Assembly (NCBI RefSeq): GCF_011386835.1
Contig: NC_088805.1
Location: 26,970,001-27,034,000 of the forward strand
Length of the DNA: 64,000 bases
From: Chrysemys picta bellii
Lineage: Eukaryota
Reading direction: 5' to 3'
In this document: positions 36,789-50,024 of the stretch, one piece after another
Layout of the letters: every line of letters begins with the position of its first letter
How positions within the stretch are numbered: the first letter of the stretch is position 1
Program-made: the position numbers and the translations under genes
Notes under the pieces: model-generated
The model's input: only the letters and a program-made list of their open reading frames with translations
The model's database searches: none
Told to the model about the DNA's origin: nothing

Positions 36789-37672
36789 TAGAGTTACCAT
36801 ATTCAAACATTTAAAAAAAAGAGGACACTCCACGGGGCCCTGGCCCCGCCCCCGGCCCTGCCCCAACTCCGCCCCTTCTCTGCCCCCATTCCAACCCCTT
36901 CCCCAAAGTCCCTGCCCCAACTCTGCCCCCTCCTCTGAGCACCCCGCATTCCCCCTCCTCCCTCCCGCTCTGATCTTGGTTGGGGGTTGCTAAGTGCTTC
37001 CCTGCTCCCCATTCGCCCCACAGCCCCTATGCCCTTGCCTGCCCTGCTCCTCCTCACCCTGCAGCCTCTGCACCCCCCCGCCCCTGCAGCCTCTGTGCCC
37101 CCTGCACCCCCCTGCCGCCTCTGTGCCCCCTGCTCCCCACTCGCCCTGCAGCCTCTGCGCCCCCTGCCTGCCCTGCCGCCTCTGCACCCCCTGCCTGCCC
37201 TGCTCCTCCTCGCTCTGCAGCCTCTGCACCCCCCTGCCCCTGCAGCCTCTGTGCCCCCTGCACCCCCCTGCCGCCTCTGTGCCCCCTGCTCCCCACTCGC
37301 CCTGCAGCCTCTGCGCCTCCTGCCTGCCCTGCCCCTGCAGCCTCTGCGCCCCCCCGCCGCTGCCTGCCCTGCTCCCCCCACTCACCCGGCAGAGGGAGAA
37401 CTGTGGGCTCCACGTGGACTCAAACACTGCCGTGCTGCTCTGTGGGGCAGGAGGGAGTGGGGGAGGGGGAGGGACTCTGGCTGCTAGAGGCCCCAGTGGC
37501 TGTGAGCGGCTTTCAATCAGGCCAGGCGTCCAATCAGCCACGCCGCACTCTGCATGAGGGGAAAGGGGAAATCCCGGACATTTCTTCTTGATTAGAAATC
37601 TCCCCCCGGACGGCCATTTAAAGCTGAAAAACCCGGACATGTCCGGGGAAACCCGGACGGATAGTAACCCTA
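36789..37672. mobile_element. Non-autonomous hAT element with perfect 8-bp target-site duplication TGGTATAC and an internal minisatellite
   Basis: TIRs TAGAGTTACCAT / ATAGTAACCCTA; TGGTATAC at 36781-36788 and 37673-37680. Confidence 0.9.
37020..37380. repeat. C-rich minisatellite (CCCTGCAGCCTCTG-type units) with a 156-bp higher-order duplication
   Basis: TGCCTGCCCTGCTCCTCCTC starts at 37036 and again at 37192. The tract is open in all six frames because of low complexity. Confidence 0.9.
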
Positions 37673-38780
37673 TGGTATACTACTTTAATCAACATTAGAA
37701 ACTATTTTTTGAAGAACAAAATCAGTCAGTTGCTTTACTCCCGTCTAGTATCAAAAGTGACATTGGCAATTGAATCAGTGCATGATTTTCATATCTGAAG
37801 GCATCTCAGATCTGAATTCTGGTCTACCAAATGAATCTTACAATACAGTGTACTTGAAATACTGCATAGATTTGAAATATTCAGGTATAAAGCTAGAGAA
37901 GATGGGATAAACAGAGGGAGGTACATCCTTTCATAGGATCTGATGCTATATGGTGGTGAAAACTCCTGTGCTCACTTGAGCCCCATCTATTATATTACAG
38001 CTTCCACCTTTGGAGTTGCAATGGTGGTGAATTATGGATCCCATTTTTGCTAGTGCAGGCAACCTCAGTGAGGAAGAGCTGATGAATTACAGAACTGAGG
38101 TGAAAGTTAGAAAGGGGGTAAAGGGGACAGTTTAATAGGACATGGAAGTTGCTGTAATTTGGTCATATTCCCATTGACGCTGCCCCTTTTCTTTTTTCAT
38201 GTCTATCTGCTAGAGTGGATGTCTGAGAGTCAGTACAGAGTTAGGAGCAACAATGCCCAGTATGAAGTAAATCAAAAGGAACAACAGCGTACAGTCAGAC
38301 TGTATAAGAATATTAAACACTTCATAGTCTGTAGCATTCTCTCACTCTATAAAGATCTCCAAGGGCCCACCTTCATAAAGCAAGATGTCTATTCACTTGC
38401 CTTCTGATATACAACCTGTTCTATACTTCTGGACGTGTGGACAGATTGTCCTAAGGAAAATGGCCCTGTTTTTAAAACTGTGTGGCATAAGACAGTTAAG
38501 AGAAAGGTATTTGCAAATGAAAAACGTTCCCATCAAGCGTGGGTACAGCTATTTTTGGCCATAACTAAATAAAGAAAAGATGAAAATCTTAAACATTACG
38601 TGGTGAAAAGCTGAACTGAAAGTGGAATAGTACTGTAGCAAATAAAGCAAGATTTTGACGGCATAAAAGCAAAGCTGATTACATTGTTTTATATAGGAAT
38701 AGAATTTAGGCAACGTTTAATAAGAGAACCTGGGGGGGGGGGGGGGAATAAAGGAAATGCAGAATAAATTAATCAATTCA

Positions 38781-39251
<471 letters not shown>

Positions 39252-41426
39252 CTAAAATGGAATCAAAAAAAGAAGGGAAAAGAGATTCGTAAGTCGTTCT
39301 GTGACAATATTGAAGTAGAGCTGTTGCATATCAGATTCACAGATAACTTTTTCTGCTAAGACATTAAGTTCTATCTGAAAGTTTGTTCTCTGATTTTGGC
39401 TAATTTAAGATGCAATGCTCATGTGGTTCACATATTTCACTGTTATCAGTTCTTGATAAGTTATTTTGGATTCTATTTTGACAGCCATTCTTTGTGAGGT
39501 CAGTAAGGTGGTATACATTAGTCCTTAAAAGGGCACGAGTACCCTTACCAAAAGGTATGTTCCTTATTAACCTGTGGAAGATCCACATAAAACAAAAGGG
39601 GAAGCTAATTATATAAGAAAAAGTGATAACACAATATGAAGTAAAATGGATACACTGAAGAATTTTTACTCTTTTAGTTAAAGAAATCTTAGTCATTTAA
39701 TGTAACAATTTGTAACAGTCATTTAAGCTTGAAACTAAAAGTAAAGCCAAAGTACTGTGTAGTCAAGGAGCTTTCCATTAACAATTGTGTCTGTTTCTAG
39801 CTAAACATCAAAGCCAAAAGAGCTTCTATGGGGGAAGAGGAATGAGTGGGAGACCTGTATATATTATGCTATCAGTTTGAAATACACCTGCTTTTCTAAT
39901 TTTTTAAACTGTTCAAGACTCAATTCCAGAGAAGCTGCTAGTAGATTAAGCTAGATTCCCCAATGCTTTCACTGCCACCTGCTCTGAGTACAAGATAGAT
40001 AGCCACCTACAAAAAGCCTACTACAAACATTAATTGCCATCACCATCATGTAAATGTAAGATCTAGTTCATGCAGTATAGTACTGGAAATACAGAGTGAT
40101 AGTGTTATGAAGGGTTAATGTTAGCAGGGTCACGTTTACCAAGAGATCATCAGTAAATCAAATGTGCTCTTAACACCAGAGTAGCTTCCTTACTGTTTTG
40201 AAAGTTAGGAAAGAGGATTAAAACAGCAGGTAGGAAGTGAGTGAAAAAATTCTTTGCATAGAAAGTTTAAAATGTTACATCAAACACCAGTAAGTCCTAA
40301 AACCTTAAGTAGGCAAGACTAAAAAATGTTGCCTCCCTTAACCATGTTAACATTTGTGAATCAATCTATTTCTATGTCCAGACTAGCCATTTGTACCTAC
40401 AATATCTATTTTTCTATATTTCATAAGAACCACCTTAATAAGTCCAGACTGCTTGGAGTTTCAGTTACATTTCTCTTTAAGTTTAATATTCCCCAATAAA
40501 TCCAAATATGCAGACTTTCCTTAAAGGATGGGCCAATGAAGAACTATTAATATTGACTCATAACATGCAGCATGACAAAATTCTTCTAAGACCTATGTCC
40601 AAATTCAGTCCTTGGGTAAGCAAGCACAACTCCACTCAAGTCAATGGGCTTACAGCCATGGTAGTGGTCACCCTTAAATCGCAAGGAAAGAATTTAATAT
40701 TTTGCTAACTCGAGCCCAATTCTGCCACCTGGTACACGCACCGAATATTCCTGGGCTCAAATGGGTGCCTTCATGAATATATTCAGAGAGAGAAAGAATG
40801 GCAGAATCAGACCTTGAAAAGCAAAGTTTACCAATAACCTATAATCATTCATTTACTATTTAATACTTAAGCATCCTAAAGCATTCAAATTTTTTGTCCA
40901 GTCTGTATGAAGCAATGAAATGGTGCATAGACTAAAATTAAGCTTCTAGTTCTCACTGAATATTCAGACACAGTATACAAATGAGGGAAGCTCAATTCAA
41001 ATCATTCCTCTTTATGAAATATTGCTAGTTCTTAAGAGGTGAAATGACATGGATTTCACAATTAGTTTCCAAGTGCACACACACTGGTAAAAGTCTTTTT
41101 TTTTAAATGTTTTTCTAGGATGTATGCAAATTTCTGCACCAAAAGTAGAAGTTAAATTTCTCGAGTTTATTTGGATTGAGAAATCCTTTCCTTAAGGATT
41201 CATTTTAATAAAGCAGACAGGATTTCCTCTTGGTTTCTAATCAATCTGAGGCGCTTGCTGCAGACAGCAGTTTATGTTTGGTAGAGTACAGCAAAGGTAG
41301 CATGTATATACTATTTATAGTGTTATTTAACCTGAATAACTCTTGAAATTCTAAGACTTAAAAAGCTCCACTAGCGTTCATTTGGTAAATTCTATATTGC
41401 TGTAAGTCACTAACTCTCATAACTTA

Positions 41427-41546
<120 letters not shown>

Positions 41547-44500
41547 TTAATGGGAGTTCGTATGTGTAATTTTAACTTTACTTGTAAACTGATCTAATAG
41601 AAAATATGGTATAAGCTTAAACTCCTTAAAATTGTATTTATCTTGTCATGGCACTTGCATATACTTTTCTTATAGCATTTCAATAAAGTTTTAATGGTTT
41701 CCATAGCCACACTTCCTGTTTCTTTTAAAGTAGATTGAAATCTAAGGCTTTATTAAAAAGGACTCAAAGGGAAGAATTACAATTTATACACAAGTGAGTT
41801 CATGGTTTTCCTTCAGTGGAGCATCCATTTTTAAGATTTTAAAACATTCAGACCCTATGCCTGATGTGGGTTTACACAACAAATACTACCAGAAAAGATT
41901 TTTCAGATAGAGTCTGAAAATATTGATAAGAAATTAATTCCAATGGAAGGTAGGAGTCCATACAAGATCCTGTTAGATTAAGGTCCATTCTCTTTCCTAC
42001 AATTCTTCTTCCTAGTCTTAGCCCTAAAGGTTCTGTAACTTCAGTAAAGAATGCACTTGTCTGCTGGTTCTCTGAACAAGAGCAGTTTAATCTAATCTGA
42101 CCTTATTCTTGCCTATATAAAATGTCAAAGAAAAGATCTAAGACACTAACTAGAAAAGGGCATATAAATCTACTGTATTCTTCATTACCACCTTTGAAAG
42201 GTACATTTTGATCTCCTGCCCAGAAATTCTAGATGGTAAACTAAACTTAGGTACTGAACAGTTTCCTCATGACGAAAGGTTTCTAGTTACATTTAGCATC
42301 TTATTTTTAAGATAAATCCTCTGTTTATGAAAAGAGGAACAGTTGGTCTCTTTATAAATAAATTCGTTTGTTTTTTTCCTTAATCAAAAGTACACACTGA
42401 ATTTGGACACTGCAAAAGTGATTCAACTAAGATCTACCAACTGAAATTTCTTGCTTGCTGTTCCGATATAAAATTCTATAAAAGGCTGCAAAATAATTAA
42501 GAATAATTCCCTGTAAAGCATCAGGAAAGTAACTGGACTGATTAATATAATCAAAAGCCAGACAGATACAATACTATATACTTCAGTGACATGAGAATTC
42601 ACATTAAAAAAAGCATACATAAAGCAAGCTATTCATATTTTTGGAATAAGTACCTCCAAAGTTTAAGTAACATTTAGAGTTTAAGCCAGGCTCTTTATTT
42701 TAAGAGAAAGCAGGGAGCTAAACAGCCCATTTTAAGTAGCTGACACTAACAACATTTTGTTTTTTAAAAAAGCTTTCGTTTTCTTTCTATATTTATCTCA
42801 GGTGGAATAGGATAAACAGAGAATGAGTTTTCTGGAAAAAAAAAAATCATCCAAATTTCAGAGGCCAGTTTAGCACTACAGTAACTTTGTGTTATGCCAT
42901 ATTTCAGACTGGCTAATATTAATATTTTCAAATTTCTGTATTAAGTTTTATTAGTTGCCTTCAAATTTGAGAAACTGATCAAATAAAATATGTTAGAGAG
43001 AAGTGGAAGGGGCCAATGAAGAAGAAAATGGTGACAGTTAATAGGTTACATTTATATTCCAGGATTTACCCTTCCCCTCTCCCCCTTAATGGTGTTACAA
43101 ATCAAAACTACCAGACTGCCCAATGCTATTCATTATAGCCCAGGACTTTGTCCTTGAGCATAAAGAGCCTATCATCTTTGTTGGGAGTGAGGAGGAAAAG
43201 GAACAGCCTAGAGAAAAGCATTACAGCCTCAGAGGATGATAGTCACTACAGAGGCCGAAATAATGAAGCTATGAATGTTGGGAAGGATTAAGAGGGACAT
43301 TAGGTAAAACTGAAATCCAAAATAAAAGGAAGATAAACTATTAATTCATTTGTCTAATCATTCACTGCTGTTGAGAAAAGACAACCAAATCATTTTTACA
43401 TGCCTTGAATGGACTATGGACAAGTGGGGCTCATGTCCAGATGTCTAGGCATCTGCCAGAAACACTCTAGCCTCCTTTTTCCTCTTATTACTTATTATTC
43501 CCACTTATTAATTTTAAATTAATCCACAAAAGCTATAGATTAGAATGTACAAGTTTTCAAGTACTTTAAAACAGTTTTAAGGGGGCGTAAGAGCACAGGA
43601 CGCAATCAGTACTTGGGTGGGGGGAGGGAAGGTTTGGACGAGAACAGTGTCCTTAGTTAGACAGTATGTTTTTGAAATCTACACATGGCTGAATGCACTT
43701 CTTTGCAAGGTCAATCTCTCATAAAAGCCACATGTTGCTATTGCATTTATTGAGTTACCTGTGATTTTAAGGTGTTAAATCTGGCTTATCACAAGCCTCA
43801 GGTGGTAGAGTGTAATATCTGGATTCCAGGGCCATACTAATAGCAGATTATAGCATACTATATAAGGTTTGTTCAGTACACATTTTCAAAATGAAAACAT
43901 CTTTACAAGCCACTGTTTGGACTGAGTATCAAAGCAAGTTTTGAAAGCGTTAGTTTATGTAGCTTTCAGCACTTCCAAGCTTACCACTTTCTCTTTCAGT
44001 TACAAGACTGACAGCTAGGTCAATGAGAAGTAGAAGTTGTAGCTCAGAGGAGCTTCTCACTGTGTGTGAATCCTGAAGAAACACACTACAGTACCATTTA
44101 ATTAAGACACTCCCCTTCATCTCCCTGATCAGGGTGAAATTTCTTAAGTCTGGCTGCTCTGCTAAATTAGAAACCCAGAAAAGAAAAAACCACCTTAGTA
44201 GTTAGAAATTCACCCAGACAGGAAAAATTCATTTTATTGAAACCTAGGGTCTCTTGAAGAGAAATTGAGCAAGAGTTTCTACTAAGCCCCAGTTTCTGCT
44301 TCTCGTCATCCTAGGTCAATCTGGATAACAAAGTCTTAAAAAGTTTATATATTATGTAAAACTCCCCATACCTCAAACAAAGGGTTTTGACCACTGTGTA
44401 GCCATGAAAGGAGAGGTGTAAACAAGTGATAGGGTCTTCAGAACTCAGGGTGTTTGACCACATTTTTCTGAATTTTTGTATGTTTGCTATCATAAGGTCA

Positions 44501-44764
44501 ATAAGACAATTTTGTTAAACCATGCACAAGACAGGCCCCTGAAGTCAAACAAAAAATAAATTCAGATTTGCTTTTATAAACGAGGAAAACTGATGTTTGG
44601 CAGATTCAGCATTTAAGAGTACTACAGTATCACATGTTGCATAACATACTTCATTTAATATGAGCTTCCGTAACTTTAAAAAAAAAAAGTTACTTATATC
44701 TGGGTAATACACAGAAAATGCTTGATCGTTCAAACCGAGTGAACTCCATAAATGGCAAACAATT

Positions 44765-45426
44765 GCTAGTGAGACAAGGTGGGTGAGGGAATATCTTATT
44801 GGTCCAACTTCTGTTGGACAGAGACAAAAGCTTTCGAGCTTACACACAGAGCTCTTCTTCAGGTCTGGGAAACCCTCGCATAAAGTATCACTGCTAAATA
44901 CAAGGTTTGAACAGATTAGCATAAGTAATTAACAGACCTCAAGGAAACATTCAAGGTGAAGTGACCTGTTAACACTCCTCCAGAGGAAAGGAACGGGGTG
45001 GGGGTTTGTTAGGGGGTTACAGATTGGATTTATGGCTTATTACAACAGTGTGTCTGTTCAGTCCATGATTTTTAGTGTCTAGCAAAGTTATGAATTTAAG
45101 ATCCCAGGCTTGTCTTTTGAAAGTGTTTTGCAGGTTTCCTTTGAGGATAGGTCAGATACAGTGATTGTTTTGTGAGAAATGTTCACCCACAAGTGATAGG
45201 GTGTTTTTGTCTTTTATTGTTTTCCTGTGAGAGTTCATTTGAGAGTGTAATGATTGTCTGGTTTCACCCACATAACTGCTATTGGGGCATTTAGTGCACT
45301 GGATAAAGTACATCACATGTTGTGGTAAGTATGTGTAGAACCCATGGATCTTGAAAGGGGTGTTATGTGTTGGGGAGGGGGTTGATCATTGTAGCAGTGG
45401 AGGTATACCCGAAGGTTTTGCATCTG
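44765..45426 (-). mobile_element. Penelope-like element 3' fragment (GIY-YIG endonuclease remnant and pLTR segment)
   Basis: Minus-strand 45355-45155 translates to FKIHGFYTYLPQHVMYFIQCTKCPNSSYVGETRQSLHSQMNSHRK...VGEHFSQNNH (GIY-YIG signature). The downstream segment contains CTGAAGAAGAGC...GCTCGAAAGC. Boundaries are approximate. Confidence 0.85.
44821..44867 (-). ncRNA. Minimal hammerhead-ribozyme-like motif of the Penelope pLTR (possibly inactive)
   Basis: 5'-AGAC CUGAAGA A GAGC (loop) GCUC GAAAG CUU UU GUCU-3': core boxes, stem II, AGAC/GUCU stem I, and an AAGCUU palindrome in place of stem III. Confidence 0.55.
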
Positions 45427-45792
45427 CACAAAGCAATTGCTAGTATAACCCAGTACTTCATATTTTTATATATGATTGGCCACAAATCAGTAGCCCCAAT
45501 TATGGTATCCTCTCTGATGTAGTTTCATTTTACATAAATGTATCTGCCAACAATCCCAATAAAACTTCAGAAACCCCATAAAGAAGAAAACTCATTAGTC
45601 TCCCACAAGTTGAGTCTATATAGCCAAGTATTTAGTAGTATATGTTCATCATTGCAATATGAGATTGCAAGATCATATTGTTCAACAGCCGTTGGCCGTT
45701 ATGATACAGTAACCAAGCAAACCACATTACTTAAGCAACTTGGGCCTGACAGTGAATCAAAACCAATTCTAAACATATACTTACATAACTCA

Positions 45793-45909
<117 letters not shown>

Positions 45910-48720
45910 TTAGAGAATTTAGTTATTCAGTAATGATTTATAAGCAATCACTCTATATCAACAAGTTTTTTAGGTGTTTGCTGAATAACTGCTCAGTAAG
46001 TGTTCAGTTAAATGATACTATCAGCATTTCCTATAGCTTTTGTAAGTTGCAATATTCTCTACAAATGTGTTATAAAATTCACTTTGAACTGCTAAAATAA
46101 TTCAGACTTGTATAAGCACTAAATAAATAAATCTGTTTGGTACAAGTCTCTGAAAAACAGAAATGAACACATTTTATGTTTCCATGAAGTTACTTCTCAG
46201 AACACCTTGAGATAGTATGGACAGAACATGGCCTACTAGAAGCTGAATGAGTTCCAGAAGCAACTGGAGAATATACATTTCAAAACTTTTCCATGTATCA
46301 AAAAACCCACAAACTACTGTGGTTCTCAGGCACCGATATTGGCTACTGGCTTTGACTTTCCCCTCCAGAAATTCTTTGCTTACACAGTATCATATTTGGC
46401 ACAAAAGAAATAGCTAAAGTTAGTCCTCAGCAATCCAAAGATGGGAAAAATACAGAGAATTTTCAAAGTTAAAAGAAAATATTTGAAGTTAATACAAAGA
46501 CTGCTGTACCCACTTGTTAGGGACCAATCGTGAATGTAATGCACTCCTACAAATATGCTAGTCATTGCAAAGTTCTAATGCTATATTCTAAACATGGTCA
46601 TACAGTGCAGAGGTCAATTTTAGATTTGAATAGTATATTGGCTTATTTTTTCCATAGCCTCATAACAATATGATCAGCTAACCATTAAGATACCAAGTTC
46701 TGAATCCCCATTTGTGAATTGTGATGACATTCACATGAGATATTTTCTGTCCTGGGATTGACTTTATATATTCTACCTACTAGATATTAATGCAAACATT
46801 TGAGAAAATCCTTTCCATCCTATGCCAGGAACAGTTTTCCAAAAATGTAGCCAAAGATAGGACAGTAAATAGGGAAGATGCTCCTGAAGATGCTAAAGAA
46901 TAAGCATGAGCCCAGAGCTATGTAGCTGGCTATTCTCTCCAGCATCTTCATTGTTTCCCCCCCCAGCATCTTCATTGGGTTTTTTAATCCCAAATTCATT
47001 CCCCTTTCTACTCCCTCTTATTCTGTTATTCCTGGTTTTCAAGTCACAGCAAAATGAACAGCTGCTCTGTCACCACCACCATTTTGTGAATCGGCCCAAG
47101 AAATTGGTTTGTGGAGGCAAATAAACCTGTTGAAACTTGTTAATCTAACTCACATTTCTGTACATCTCTTTATATGCTGTGTTTAACAATTTCTAATTGG
47201 TTAGTATAATACTTGTATCAAGTCCATTTCTATTCTTAATGTGGAAAGTCTCTAATTTCATTTATTGTGAAATAAAGCATACAAGTTCTGAAGGAAACGA
47301 AGAATCTGAATGCTTTGATTACTAGCTAGTTAGAACTGATCTTGTCAGTGGATGGAATCATTACAACAGTCCCTTTCTAGTATGTCCCTGCAGTAAAAAA
47401 GCAGGCTGCAATTCCTGCAGGAACTGCTTATGCAACTAGAAGCAATAGTGCACATAAAGAGAGTAACAGTGTCAATAAGCCAGCAAGAACGTTACAACCT
47501 TACTCAGTGTATACCAGTTAATAAGCAGAAAGGCCATGCGTGAGAGGTAGGATCTGAGAAGGAGGACTAAATGAACACTATTTTTAATTGTAAAAGCCCA
47601 ATTTAAAAAAAAAAGTTAATTCTGTGCTATATTCTCCATGATTGCTCACAAGGATAAAAATAATGCTAATTGGAAAAGTCTCCCTTCAGGTGACAAACTT
47701 AGAAGAACTACACTAATTTACAAAAAGTCCATCACATCTGTGTATATGAAAAAGGCCAATAAATAGCTAAATTCATTTTCCATTTTGTACCATTATTGCA
47801 TGTGAAAACTAATCTAAGCTACAGTGCCCTTGAGCAGTGAGAGAAAATAGCATTAGACAAACAATGACCAAGGCCAAAAATGGGAAAACTATTTGAATAT
47901 GCTCCCCGGATGTCGTGATGAGGTTTATATGTAGACATTTGATAGCAGCTGGTTTTCAGCTATCACAATTCCACAAGAACAGAAGTACAAAGTAGTATAG
48001 GTCTCGTCAATCTGTATGCGTACACTGTTGCTGTACTTTCAACAGCTGAGCATCTACTAGTATCTCAAATGTACTAATACATTTGACAAGGCTATATTAG
48101 AAGACTGGATCTCTTTACCCAGAACTTTACATGTACACAGAAAGTCACTGTAACCATCTAAAGCAGCACTTAAAAAAACAAAACAAAAACAAGACAGCAC
48201 ATTTTCTTTTAATTGAAAAGAACATGAAGGAAAATATACTTAAAGAAGTATCTTTATCTACTGCTTTTGAAGTTCTATAAACTGTTCAGCAAACTGGTCA
48301 GGACAGAGCTTTGGTCTGCTAGATTAATGATATCCAATGACCTGCTAATCCATGAAACAAATATTTACTTCTAGTCACTAACAATTGTTTTAGGCAAAAG
48401 GTATTGTGACCAAGTTAACATTTCATTGTTCTATAGTTTGCCAGCCTGTCCAAATGAATTTAAGACAGACACCATGTGCACAAAACATTGAAGTTGTACT
48501 AGGTGCCACAATACAGAACATAGATTTAGAAGAGTTCTGTTTCCTCCTCTATAGTCACAACCCAACCCTCCAATTCTTCCTCTTCCTTTAGAGCACAAAC
48601 TTTTTTATCCTGCAAGTAAGCTAAAAGATTTATTTTAAAAATTACATAGAATTGACATAGCTCTTTGATGATTGATGGTGCAGAACTTGGAATCTGCACA
48701 CATCCACATGGGATAGGCAA

Positions 48721-48843
48721 GTATTATTGCCATTTTACAGACAGGAAAACTGATGCAGAAAGACGAAGTGACTTGCTCTACGCCATAGCCCAGTAGTGGC
48801 AGAGCCAACATTAAAACTCAGGACTTCAATTCCTAATCCAGTG
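48721..48843 (-). mobile_element. MIR/CORE-SINE-like fragment
   Basis: ATTATTGCCATTTTACAGACAGGAAAACTGA...GAAGTGACTTGC...GTGGCAGAGCC...ACTCAGGAC. Confidence 0.6.
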
Positions 48844-49763
48844 TCCATATCTCCATCTATTCAAATCCACCTGTATGGCCAGTAACATAGGAAGTTTAGA
48901 TTACAAGCAGAAGTGATTCAAAGCTTGTTGCATTTTAAGACCACAGTCACATCTCTGAATATGTAATGCAGTTTACACAAAATTAGTCCGATGGACAGCC
49001 CCAAACAAGTTACAAGACTGCATTTCTCACTCACCCATTCTTACTCTCTTTCAGTGAAGACCACAATCAAGGTTCAAACCAGTTTACATAAGGACACTAA
49101 TGCAAAACCTTTTTATGATAAAATTAACCTTTTTAGGCATTTCCTCTGAGCTGTTCTAGTCAACATGATAGTTAAGACATTGGTAGCCATCTGGAGCACT
49201 GACTACACTACCACCAGTGCAACTTAAACTCTGGTAGTAATCACAAGAATTTTTTGGGGCAAAAAAGGTCTAGTATACACAATGTCTCAAAGTCACTGGT
49301 AGCTTCCTTCCTCTATATCATTCAACACTGGAAAGAAACCAAGTTTAATAAGCTGGTTTCAAATCATCCATAGAAACAATACAAGTATTTCAGAAGGACC
49401 AAGATATAAACCTAGGCCATAAACTAGGGTTGAAGCAAGCCAACAAAAACCTGAACACAAAGTATTTGGAACAGTTTTTGGCTGCTACAGAACTGCCACA
49501 AAGTGAGAGGACATAGAAATGACTAGGCTATGTGTTAGAGAGAGGAATTCCACTAAATTTCCTCCAAACATCTAAAGCTACTATTATATTTAATTGGATT
49601 ATTTTCCCCAGAAAGAAAATCAGAATTACAGTTGTGTGTGGTTTTTAGTTCCAAAAGTAGATTGTAGGATTACAATGCCTCACTCCAGAAGACTGAAAGA
49701 TTACCTAGACCTAGAGATAGTGGTTTTAGACCACTGATTTATGCATCATTTCTTTATAGATAT

Positions 49764-49851
49764 TGGCCCAAATCCTGCTTTCCTGGCTCATACAAGCAGT
49801 CCCATTGACTTCAAAATGGGTTCTATAAGTAAAGAAAGCAGGATTTTGCTC
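49764..49851. mobile_element. Small palindromic MITE-like element
   Basis: GGCCCAAATCCTGCTTTC ... GAAAGCAGGATTTTGCTC inverted arms around CCCATTGACTTCAA. Confidence 0.5.
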
Positions 49852-50000
49852 AGAAGTTTATTACTCTTTGTGCCACCAAAAAAATGGAATATTTTCCAGC
49901 AAAGTTTTAATACAAATTCTGATGTGCAATAAAGAAACTTGTTTTTAAAAACATATCATTAGCCAAAATAATAAGAGGTTTAAGTACTGCTCTAAACTCA

Positions 50001-50024
50001 GTGTGTGTGTGTGTGTGTGTGTGT
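50001..50024. repeat. (GT)12 microsatellite
   Basis: Read directly from the sequence. Confidence 0.95.

Noticed and set aside
36803-37640. Six overlapping 119-216 aa ORFs (Cys/Pro- or Gly/Arg-rich, keratin-associated-like)
   Set aside because: Artefact of a GC-rich minisatellite lacking stop codons, inside a TSD-bounded transposon.
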